A program made the position numbers and the translations under genes. From Octopus sinensis (lineage: Eukaryota), in assembly GCF_006345805.1 (NCBI RefSeq), contig NC_043011.1, forward strand, positions 34,484,464-34,548,463: 64,000 bases of DNA. The letters run 5' to 3'. The notes under the pieces are model-generated. The model made no database searches. It worked only from the letters and a program-made list of their open reading frames with translations, and was not told the origin of the DNA. Below are positions 26,401-38,463 of this stretch, in pieces. Each line of letters opens with the position of its first letter. The stretch's first letter is position 1.

Positions 26401-29400
26401 AAAAATAATAAACCATAAAATTAATTTTTATTTTTTCAAAATAAAACAAAACAAAACAGTAAGAGGGAAAATAATGTTTATTTTTGTATACTTCCACTTT
26501 ATTTATATTTGAAAAGTTCCCCCCTACTTTTTTTTTTTATTGCAAAATCTTCGATCAAATCCTCCCTTTGACACCTTGAACACTTTGAAAATATATTTCA
26601 AGTCATACAAACCACTTCGAATGTTGTTTGAGCCAGTGAAAAGTGATTTTTTTTGTGTCATAAACCATTTACCATTTCTATGGTGCCCCACTTCTGTTGA
26701 CACCCCAAGCGCATGCTTATTTTGCTTACTGGTTAATCCAGCAATGGATTTACCACTCAAAAAGTAAAGAAATACTTGAAGGTGTATTTTCTGATGATGT
26801 GAAGTCTAAAATCTACCAAAGTTATTTCTGGTGAGGGCCTTCATCAATAATAATACTGGTATTAATAATTGTATCAAATTTTGGCACAAGGCCAGAAATT
26901 TCAGTGAGGAGGAGGTTAGTCAATAAGATCATCCCTGTACTTGACTGGTACTTCATTCTATTGACCCATGTAGGATGAAATGGTGCTAAGCATTTTGCCC
27001 AGTGTGTTAACGGTTCTACCAGTTCACCACCTTATAATAATGGTTTTAAAATGCTTGGTGGCATTTTGTCTGACATGCTAATGATTCTTCCTACCTGTCA
27101 CCTCAATTGTTTATAATAATAATAATAATAATAATAAGACCTCAAAATACAAAGACCTGGAAATAGAGGTAACTAGAATATGGAATCTGAAAACAGAAAC
27201 AATTCCTATCATAGTAGGTGCATTAGGCATGATAAAAAAATATTCAGACAAATACATAACAAAAACACCAGGACTTACAAACACATATAACATACAGAAA
27301 ATTGCGCTACTAAGCACTGCACACATCCTACGCAGAACACTTTCCATACAATAACCATCAGAGCATCACAACAATTCACAGCACATACCTAAGGCACACA
27401 GAGCTGCGCTCGGTAGTGAAGTGAAAGCACGCTATAAAAATAAAACTACTGAATAATAATAATAATAATAACTAATTGTTACAATTTATTGATTTATTTA
27501 TTAATTTCATTATGCAGGATCCTGATGAATGCAGTGGTAAAGGCGTAAAAAAGTGTGGTGCCTGTATTTGTAAGGAAAACTATGTTGGTCGTAACTGTGA
27601 ATGCGATCGAGAGAATGTTACTAATCAGGCTCTTGATGAACTATGTAAGAAGTTAGTAAAAACCTCTTTTATTATTCATTTTATATTGTTTCATTGTTGT
27701 TGATATTTTATGTCTGTGATTCCTTTCAAACAGTGGTTCCCAACCATTTTTTTGTTCTCTGGACTTCTTTGATTCCTATTTTACGTTACTCGACCCCACC
27801 AAAGCCATTCAGTGTATATATAAAAAGTTTTACTCACTCTTTATAATTAGATATTATTAGTAATTCTATAAAACAAAAATTACAATATATTGAAAGCAAT
27901 TGCAGCGTGGAAGGTGTTTATAAGCCATTTAAGAAACACACAAAAACCGTTAGATTCACTTCAACATTTAAATTTAATTTGTCAAAATATTTTTGTCGCT
28001 TTGAGACTGCAACCTGTTCACTGACAAAACTCTGTGCTGCATCTCTTAAAATATATTGCGTATTGTAGAAGTATAGGCGCAAGAGTGGCTGTGTGGTAAG
28101 TAGCTTTCTTACCAACCACATGGTTCCGGGTTCAATCCCACTGCGTGGCACCTTGGGAAAGTGTCTTCTACTATAGCCTCGGGCCAACCAAAGCCTTGTG
28201 AGTAGATTTAGTAGACGGAAACCGAAAGAAACCCGTCGTATATATATGTATGTATGTGTATGTATATATTTTTGTGTGTCTGTGTTTGTCACACCAACAT
28301 TGCTTGACAACCGATGCTGGTGTGTTTACGTCCCCGTAACTTAGCGGTTCGGCAAAAGAGACCGATAGAATAAATGCTAGGCTTACAAAGAATAAGTCCT
28401 GGGGTCGATTTGATTCGACTAAAGGCAGTTCTCCAGCATGGCCGGAGTCAAATGACTGAAACAAGTAAAAGAGTGTATTGAACATAAATTTTAACAACAA
28501 AATCTTATATGGACCCCCAATGAACCCTGCTGAGAACCACTGCTTTAAAAATTATTCGGTAAAAAAAAATGAAAACTAAAAATGCAAAGAAACTATAAGT
28601 TCATTTACAAAGGAAACTATAGGTTAGCAATAATGAAGCAATAAGTTCATTAAAAACTTATGATTTATTTCTTTTGCATCTATAGGCTCATTTAAAAATC
28701 TCAAAACTATAGGCACTGCTACTGCTTTGCAGTACCAAATCATAACCACCAACTTTTTTTTTTTACCTTCTTACACACAAGTAGATGGATTGGTCCATTA
28801 AGAATTTAGTGTCTTGGTGGCTGCAGTCACATACAGTGTTGGTGACAGGATATGAACTCTTGAATTTAACTTTTTCACTGGTTTACCAACTCCCTTAATT
28901 CACTTAGCCATTTTCAGCCTTCAGTTACTCAGATGCTGAGCATTAGCATCAGCAGAACTTGGACATTCTGATAATACACTTTTGCATGTCCATCACCTCA
29001 ACCATTCAGACGCTGCACCTGTATATGTGCAACACGTTAAGAATTCAAAAACTGCACTTGTAAATGTTCAGTACTTTGTCTAATCAGACACTGCACTGGT
29101 TGTTGTTCAGCACTTTGATATCTAATGCACTGTGTATCTACATGTCTAAACACACCAACACCAGTTGTCAAGAGGTAGTAAGAGATAAGCACAAGCACAA
29201 AGACACACACACACACATAACATGCTTCTTTCAGTCTCCGTCTACAAAATCCGCTCATGAGGCTTTGGTTGGCCCAGGGATCACACAATGGGACTGAACC
29301 CAGATGCATATGTATTTGATTATGTGTTTGTCATATGTTTATGAAAAGTTAAATTTTTATTATTTCTTATATGACATTTATTTTAATATTTATATATCAA

Positions 29401-32400
29401 GCTCAGGAGTGGCTTTGTGGTAAGTAATTTGCTTACCAACCGCATGGTTCTGGGTTCATTCCTTCTGCGTGGCGCCTTGGGCAAGTGTCTTCTACTATAG
29501 CTTCAGGCCGACCAAAGCCTTGTGAATGAATTTGGTTGATGGAAACTGAAAGAAGCCCGTCATATATATGTATATATATGTATATATGTGTGTGTGTGTG
29601 TGTATATGTTTGTCCCCCCAACATCGCTTGACAACCGATGGTGGTGTGTTTGCGTCCCCGTAACTTAGCAGTTTGGCAAAAGGGACCAATTGAATAAGTA
29701 CTAGGCTTCCAAAGAATAAGTCTTAGGGTTGATTTGCTTGACTAAAGGCAGTGCTCCAGCATGGCTGCAGTCAAAATGAATGAAACAAGTAAAAGGGTAT
29801 CAGTACCATAATTATCAATATTTCCTTTTACAAGTTATTTAAATTAATTTTATTGTAATGAATAAATTGAAAATTGTGGTCTCTAGTTATTGTTATTTGA
29901 ACTACACATAACTCTGGATATTTATAATAAATATCTTTTTTTGTGGATTATATAATAGATAAAATTTTATTTAAATATCACAAGTAAATAGCGCAGTATA
30001 GGTGCAGGAGTGGCTGTGTGGTAAGTAGCTTGCTTACCAACCATATGGTTCCGGGTTCAGTCCCATTGCATGGCACCTTGGGCAAGTGTCTTCTACTATA
30101 GCCTTGGGCCGACCAAAGCCTTGTGAGTGGATTTGGTAGACGGAAACTGAAAGAAACCTGTTGTATATATGTATATGTATGTGTGTGTATATGTTTGTGT
30201 GTCTGTGTTTGTCCCCCCAACATTGCTTGACAACCGATGCTGGTGTGTTTACTTCCCTGTAACATAGTAGTTCAGCAAAAAGAGAATAAGTACTAGTCTT
30301 ACAAAGAATAAGCTCTAGGGTCGATTTGCTCGACTAAAGGTGGTGCTCCAGCATGGCCGCAATCAAATGACTGAAACAAGTAAAAGAGTAAATAAAGGGG
30401 CTTAATAGTTGTATTTAATTACAAAATTTCGAGTATAGAGATATGATTTATATATCTATTTATTTGGTTGGGAAGCAAACTTCCTAGCACTCGGCCACAC
30501 GTGTTGACGATGACAGCACTTCTTTGTAGCCACCCAACTACTTTAACAATCCAACCACTACACCTTTGAATCTCTAAATGTGCAATGCTCTCTCATTGGT
30601 GAAGGTATGTAGCTTAGTGGTTAGGGATATTCAGCTTAGAATTGTATGGTCACGAGTTTGATTCCTGACAGCATTCTGTTTCCTTGAGCAAGGCATTTTA
30701 TTTCATGTTGCTCTAGTCAACTCAGCTGGTGAAAATAAGTTGTACCTGTATCTCAAAGGGCCAGCCTTGTCACATTCTGTGTCATGCTGAATCTCCCTGA
30801 GAACTATATTAAGAGTACGGTAGTCTGTGGAGTGCTCAACCACTTGCACGTTAGTTTCACAAGCAGGCTGTTCCATTAATCGGATCAACTGGAACACACA
30901 TTGTCATAAACGATGGAGCACTTTAAGCATTCAGATATTGCACCCTTTACATACACAGCAAGAATTAAAATCCAATTTGAAATACCAATCAGTTATTATC
31001 ATTGTTTTTTTTTGTTTTTTTTTAATGTATTTCAGCCCGGACACTGGACTAATATGCTCTGACCGAGGCCAGTGTGTGTGCGGTGTGTGTATGTGTGACA
31101 ACATCAAATCTAGTAAGGACCGATTCTTTTCTGAGCAGTACTGCCAGTGTGATGATTACTCTTGTGACATCATTGATGGTAAACTCTGTGGAGGTAAGCA
31201 CCTTTGTTACTCTTTTGACTATTCTTTGATAGTTTCTATGTATGTATGTGTGTATGTGTGTGTATGTATATATGCAAGCATGTATGCAGAGATGGGCAAA
31301 TGTAGGTATACAGTTGTTTGATGTGAGTGAAATTGTTCTTTTCATTTCTCTATTTCTTTTTTTATAGGATAAGAATTCTGTGATTCTATGTTCTTTGATG
31401 TGTTATTTCAGTCTTTCAGGTGCTCAAACTGATGGCCTTAAAGGGCTGAAATACATACAGGGGTGGGCAGGGGTGATTATACAGTTGCTTAATATGTCGA
31501 CTTCAAGGGCACATAGACCTAGAAGTGCTCAAACTGACGACCTTCCACGTCTGTGCACTCTTGAAGTCAACATATCAAGGACGTTGTAGCTTAGCCTGTG
31601 ACTGATATATCTTTCCTGAACTTCTGCAAGAGAATCCAGAGACTTTAGATTTTAATTTGCTGAGGTACCTCAGCATTAGGGATATTGTCTTCCCAGATTT
31701 AAGCTGTTGTGAGACAGTTGTTTAACCCTCTGTTAGCCCTGTTCAAACAAACTTATGATCCAAAGTATTCCATCTGCACTTATTTGCCATTTGTTTTCAA
31801 ATATAATGTACCTAGGACTACCATTATTTAATATGTCTTTTCTTTTTTAATGATAGATGTCTATGATTTGAGGGAGATTTGGCAACTATTTTTGTAGTTG
31901 AGTAGACTGCATAGGGTTTCTTTCATTGCCTTGTGAGAAGGGTATATTGACATGCTATATTGTCAGCTATTTTGACTGAGGTTTTGATATGTTTTGTTGA
32001 AGTCTGTTGTCAGGCAGGTGTTTTGACTACATCATGTTGAAGGCTGTTGTGAAGCAGCTGTTTTGACTATGTTATGTTGTAGGTTGTTGTAAAAAAGCAC
32101 ATCATATTATAGGCTGTTGTGAGACAAATGTTTTGAATATTACAATGTGGGCTGTTGCAAGGCAGATGATTCAACTTACTATATTGTAGGCTTTTGTGGA
32201 ATGACAGTCTTCATATGTTGTTTACACTGTAGGCTGTTGTGAGATGGTTTATTGTAGCATCGACACAGACACTTGTTCTTTGTGAACGTTTTGATACCAA
32301 CCCAGCTGAAACCGGCTCTGGCTCTGTGGTACAAATGTCTTGTTTTCAAAAGTTCTGAATTAAAATCTTCCACCAAATCTTAGTCACAATTTATGTTCCT

Positions 32401-34149
32401 AACACTCGCTTAATGATACTTAAGTTATTTTGCTAAATTCTTTGTTATATTTAAAATTAATTGAAAGAAACACAGAGCATCTCAAAATAAATACAATAAT
32501 GAAAGGGCTAAACCTCAGAAACTCCAAAGCTGTTTTCTAACATTCATCCTGACTTCTTATTGTAGGAAGTAAACAAGGTGTGTGTAATTGTGGAGTCTGC
32601 AAATGTAAAGATGGCTTTGAAGGTCCAAACTGTTTATGTTCCACAAATAATAGCACATGTATCGCTGAAAACGGGGTGAGTAAAATGTTACAAATAATTC
32701 TCACTTGTTGTTCTTGTTGTTCCTTTTACTTTTTTCAGTCACTGAACTGCAGCCATCCTGGGACTCAGCATTGTTCTTTATAATATCATATTTGAAGCAA
32801 CAAACCTCTTACATAGTTCAAAGCAAAACATTAATGAAGCAATAAACCTCTTACATTTACGACACATAAATCCACTGTGAGGCAACAAACCTCTTACACA
32901 AGTCAATACAAATTCAGCAAAACAACAAAAATGAGGCACAAAGCCTCGTCAATCATTTACAACCCTTCCTGCCTGACTAGACTTCTCGCCTCAGTCAAAC
33001 ACCTGGACGGTGTCAAGTTGGGCCGTTTCAACACTCAATTAAAAGTGTCCTCTGGGAAGGAGTTCATTATCCTGCACAGATCAGTCTCCCGTATAATCTC
33101 TGCAGCCACCTGCGAAGGCCAGTCAGGGTCCTTCGTGCAGGACAGAACCCCTTCCCTTCGTCCCTTCCTTTTAAAATTCTTAATGAAGTTTTCTATTGTC
33201 CCTCCCTTATGGAAGAGGACCACAAACTCCTCCTCCACAGCATGGGAGTGATCTACAGTTTCTACCTTCAGTGGCACAACTCCCATGGAAGGTACTTTGG
33301 CACATGCTGGCAGTGTATCACAAACCGCCAGCAATGTCCCGTTTTTCTTTTTTCTTTTTTATTCCCATGAGCCACGGGAATGTGGTGTTCCTCTGCTTTG
33401 TAAGAAGGCACTTACCCAAGGTGCTACCTTGCAGTAGAACTGAACCCAGAATTATGTGGTTGGGAAGTAAGCTTTTTACCACACAGACATGTCTGCATTC
33501 ATACGTTATTATATTTCTATCTTATAATTTTATAGCTGTTATTTTCTAGTTGAATAGTAATTCCCTTGCGTACATCTCTATATCTGTTCTATCTAGTTGT
33601 CGGATAAATTTGCTTGTTTTTTTTTTTTGGTGGTGGGGTTTCTACTTGACACTGTCACTATATGTCTAAAATGAGCTAAACTTTATGCAAATTTCAAAAA
33701 CAATAAAGAAAAGCTGTAGAGGAAGAATAAAGTTATTAAAAAAAAAGCAAAAACAACCATAAAATATTACAATAAAAATATTTTTTCAGTTCTATATTTA
33801 AGAGATGTGGAATCATGTACATTATTTACATTATTTACATTTGACAGATATTTGTCCTCATCTTGTTTGTTGTTAACACGTTTCAGCTGATATACCCTCC
33901 AAGCCTTCTTCATGTGTCTTGGGGAAATTTCAAACCTGGGTTCTCATTCCTAAGGTATTTTTCAATATTACTATCATCATCACCACGACCGCGACCACCA
34001 CCACCACCATTATTATTCAGGTCACTGCTTGGAATTGAACTTGGAATCTTGGAGTTAGTAGCCCGTGCTCTTAACCACAGGCATATCACATTGTGGTTAA
34101 GAGCACAGGCTACTAACTCCAAGTTTCTGAGCTTGATTCCAGGCAATGA

Positions 34150-34199
<50 letters not shown>

Positions 34200-35435
34200 G
34201 CATCAAAAAATACCTTAGGAATGAGAACCCACGTTCTAAATTTCCCCAAGACACCTGATGAAGGCTGGAGGGTATATCAGATGAGGATAAATATCTATCA
34301 AATGTAAATTATGTAAATATATTTTTTGTATTACTTCAAATTATACTGAAAAGGATTGAAATAAATGGAAAAAATGAGCAAGTTCTTCTGACATCTTCAT
34401 ATTATTCTATTTTTTCTGTAACTCATTTTGTTCTAATATATTTAATATCTGTTATTTTCTAGTTACATTGCAGTGGCTCTGCTTAAATTTCTATATTTGT
34501 TCAATTATTCTTTCATCTCTGCATATTATTATATTTTATTTTTAATTTCTTCTGTTTGTTATATTATTCTGTCTAATATATCTCTACATCTGTTATTTTC
34601 CAGTTTATTTGTAATGGCAAAGGCATATGTGAATGTGGAAAGTGCATCTGTGATAAAGAGAGTCTTCACCGTGGTCCATTATGTGAAGATTGCCCTGTAA
34701 GTATTTAAACCTTTAAAAATAAACCATCTAAAGGCTCTTAGTGCATTTTTGACTTCTTTTTTTCCTATATTTTTACCTGTGAGGAATAAAGCAAAACAAC
34801 TTTACATATATATATATATAAGAGATAATGGTGTCATTGAGACCCAAAGGTGTCAAGTAATGCTGAATAAGTGTTATAGACAGACCGTAGTTAAGTTCCA
34901 GATTCAGTAATATTGCAAATAAAGGGTTCAACATTGGTTCTATGTCAGCGTGTGTATATAAGAATATTTTGCGTAATAAGATAAAAAAAACCAAGGGTGT
35001 ATACATATTAGAGCATTTATAGATAGAAGGTCTTACAGCTGTTTCTAGGATATTAATTAATAATATCCCTTCATTGGAGACGGTGTGAGATGAACTAACT
35101 ATGACTTAATTTTCCTCTCACACTGTCTCTGATGAAGGGATATTATTAATTAATATCCTAGAAACAGCTGTAAGACCTTCTATCTATAAATGCTCTAATA
35201 TGTATACACCCTTGGTTTTTTGTATCTTATTACACAAAAAATTCTTATATATATATATATGTGTGTGTATAGTTCAAATTTGCAGAGAACAAAAGACGAA
35301 GACAGGTGTAGGAACAACAAGCAGATGTATTAGTTTAACACTCAGGAAGAATGGAAAAGTTTTTTATCTTTTGAGCCCATGCTCTTCAACAGAAAGGATT
35401 GAGAGAAAAAAAAAAGTGAGAGAGGATGAAACAAG

Positions 35436-35467
<32 letters not shown>

Positions 35468-37718
35468 GGTCCTTATTCAGTTTTATTTCAAGATTTCTTG
35501 CCAATAGAGAAAGAGCCTGTTTCTAACCTAGATCCATTGGAATTTCAACATCAAGAGCAAGGTATTTTTGTATGTATATGTGTATATGTGGAAATTTGTA
35601 TGTTTCATTTTATATATGTATTCTCATTCATATAGTTGCATGCTCATATATATTTAAATGATAAACTTCTGCAAAGTTTTACAGATCTTTATAGTTCCAG
35701 TGATGGATTGAATCTGTAGTCTTTAAATTAGCTTTCTCTGTACTGGTTTAAGAAGCCCAATTTCTCAAGAAAGGTATTTAGGCAGGGTGTTACATATCTC
35801 AGTGCCCCAATAATTACAGGTATAAACCTGAACTTATAATCTGGATAGAGTAACTGTAGGTTTCTCAATAATTCAGCGTAAATATTTTCTTTTTCACTAA
35901 TCTTTAGCTTTATGTTAACATCAACTGGGCAGCTGATTTCCACAACTGCACAGTTTCTCTCCTCTATCTCACATCATTATGTCAGATCTATTATGTTAAC
36001 ATTTTATTGAGTGGTATACTTATTTGTATGTATATGTATGTGAGTGTGTGTGTGTGTATATATATACTCTTTACTCTTTTACTTGTTTCAGTCATTTGAC
36101 TGCAGCCATGCTGGAGCGCCGCATTTATATATATATATATATATATATTTATATACACATAATATATATATATATCATCATCATCATCATCATCATCATT
36201 TAGCGTCTGCTTTCCATGCTAGCATGGGTTGGACGGTTCAACTGGGGTCTGGGAAGCCAGAAGGCTGCACCAGGCCCAGTCTGATCTGGCAATGTTTCTA
36301 TGGCTGGATGCCCTTCCTAACGCCAACCACTCCGTGAGTGTAGTGGGTGCTTTTTATGTGCCACCGGCACAGGTGCCAGATGGGGCTGGCAAATGGCCAT
36401 GGTCGGATGGTGCTTTTTACGTGCCACTCACGGGGTCCAGGCGAGGCTGGCAATGGCCATGATCGGATGGTACTTTTTACGTGCCACCGGCACGGAGGCC
36501 CGTCGGGGCGGGGCGGGGCTGGCAATGACCACGTTCGCTTACGTGCCACTGGCACTGGTATCACAGCTACAATTACCATACACACACATATAATATAATG
36601 GCAGTGCCCCAGCATGGCCACAGCTTGTGAGCTGAAACTAAATAAAATTTTTTTTTAAAATATATAAATACATGCATACATACATGCGTATATAACAATA
36701 CAGATGATGTCCACTACATGTGAGAAATATATATTTATTTTTTTGTTTATTTATTTGTTAACTAATTCTACATTACAGACTTGTTCTGGCATGTGTTCAG
36801 AAACTAAACACTGTGTGCAATGCAAAATATTCCAGTCTGGCAACTACACTTCTGAAGTTTGTGATAAACTGTGCAATGACTATGAAATAACTGCCGTTGA
36901 GGAACTTTCTGGTAAGAATTTAAAGCAGAATTCCATATTTTTGGTGGCCAAAGAAACTAAAGCTAAGCACTCTTAGAAGGAAATTGTTGTATACAGTGCT
37001 CAGGTGCACTACAACAAAGAAAAAAAATAAATGACATAAAACAAAAAAGCCATCAGGTGTACTGTTGGCAGATTTCAGGAAGCATGGAAGTTTTGAAGGA
37101 TGTAGTGTGTCAACAGTTAATGATTGATTCAAGTAATTTATTCCATGCTTCAACAATTCTGAGCATGAAAAGATGTTTCTGAAAGTCAAGGGTGTTGTGT
37201 TGTTTTTTGATTTTATAAGCATGTCCATGAGTATTTGGCATATGGAATTCATGAAGGTGTCCAAGGTTGTTGTTGGAAAGATGATAGATAATCTTGTGGG
37301 TGTCTACCAAGTCAGTTGCCAGTCTGAGCTTCAATGTATCCATGCCCAGGGAAGCAAGATCTTCGGAGTATGGTAGATGTCTGGTGGTGGGCATTTGTTA
37401 TCATGCATGTTTCTGAACAATTCCCAGGAAATCGATATACTGAGCAAGATAGGGATTCCAGACTGATGATTCAAATTCTAAGTGTGGACTTACTATTGTC
37501 ATATTCAGTTTTTTTAAACAGAGAGCTGGAGAGCAGCTGGCAAAGGTCATACTGAGTGGTGCTGTGGGAAACAAAGTGTTTAGCCTCATTTTTGAAAGAA
37601 CTTTCTCTCAGAACACTTCTTGTATGATTATTCTTTTGTATTTTAATCAAGGAGGTGCATGTGTTGTTGTGTAGTTGAGAAGCTTGCTTCCCAACCAGGT
37701 TATCTTTGGTTCAATCCC

Positions 37719-37759
<41 letters not shown>

Positions 37760-38355
37760 TAGCCTGAGGAAAAAGTTCATGTGCCGTGTTAAAATAATGC
37801 TTTTTTATATATTTTTGTAGTGTGTGTTTATTCAGTTCATTATTCTAACATGGCACATGAACTTTTTCCTCAACCTAGTATATATATATATTATATTATA
37901 TATATATATATATATTATATATATATATATATATATGTATGTATATATATATATATATATTTTAAAATTATAAGTATATGAAAGAATGGAGTTGAACGAC
38001 TAGTTAACAAATATCCTTTATTTTCGACATATGTTTCGACATATGTTTCGAAGGCTGCATATTCCTAATTCCGAAGGAGTAAGGAGTACATTATGCAGAT
38101 TTCGGAATTAGGAATATGCAGCCTTCGAAACATATGTCGAGAATAAAGGATATTTGTTAACTAGTCGTTCAACTCCATTCTTTCATATAGTTATAATTTT
38201 AAAATAAACATACAAATTTCAGCATGAAGACACGTCGTCTATGCCCTAGGGACGTAGCTTCAACCGTGTTCTTTCTGATGTAAATTTGCTACCCAGGTAT
38301 TGGTTATCTTTCGAATTATCCTTAATAAGATAATTCATTCAACTACTCAAATATG

Positions 38356-38391
<36 letters not shown>

Positions 38392-38409
38392 AGTATATAT
38401 ATATGTATG

Positions 38410-38463
<54 letters not shown>

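Noticed and set aside
27645-27650. Alternative GTAAGA donor 7 nt upstream of the chosen exon E donor
   Set aside because: It would shift the frame against exon F and remove a conserved Cys.
28075-28150. tRNA genes at SINE heads
   Set aside because: A/B-box-like heads run straight into SINE bodies, and I could not build a complete cloverleaf.
32877-33549. Overlapping ORFs of 99-124 aa
   Set aside because: No clear domain; probably a decayed LINE tail plus SINE sequence, too weak to call.
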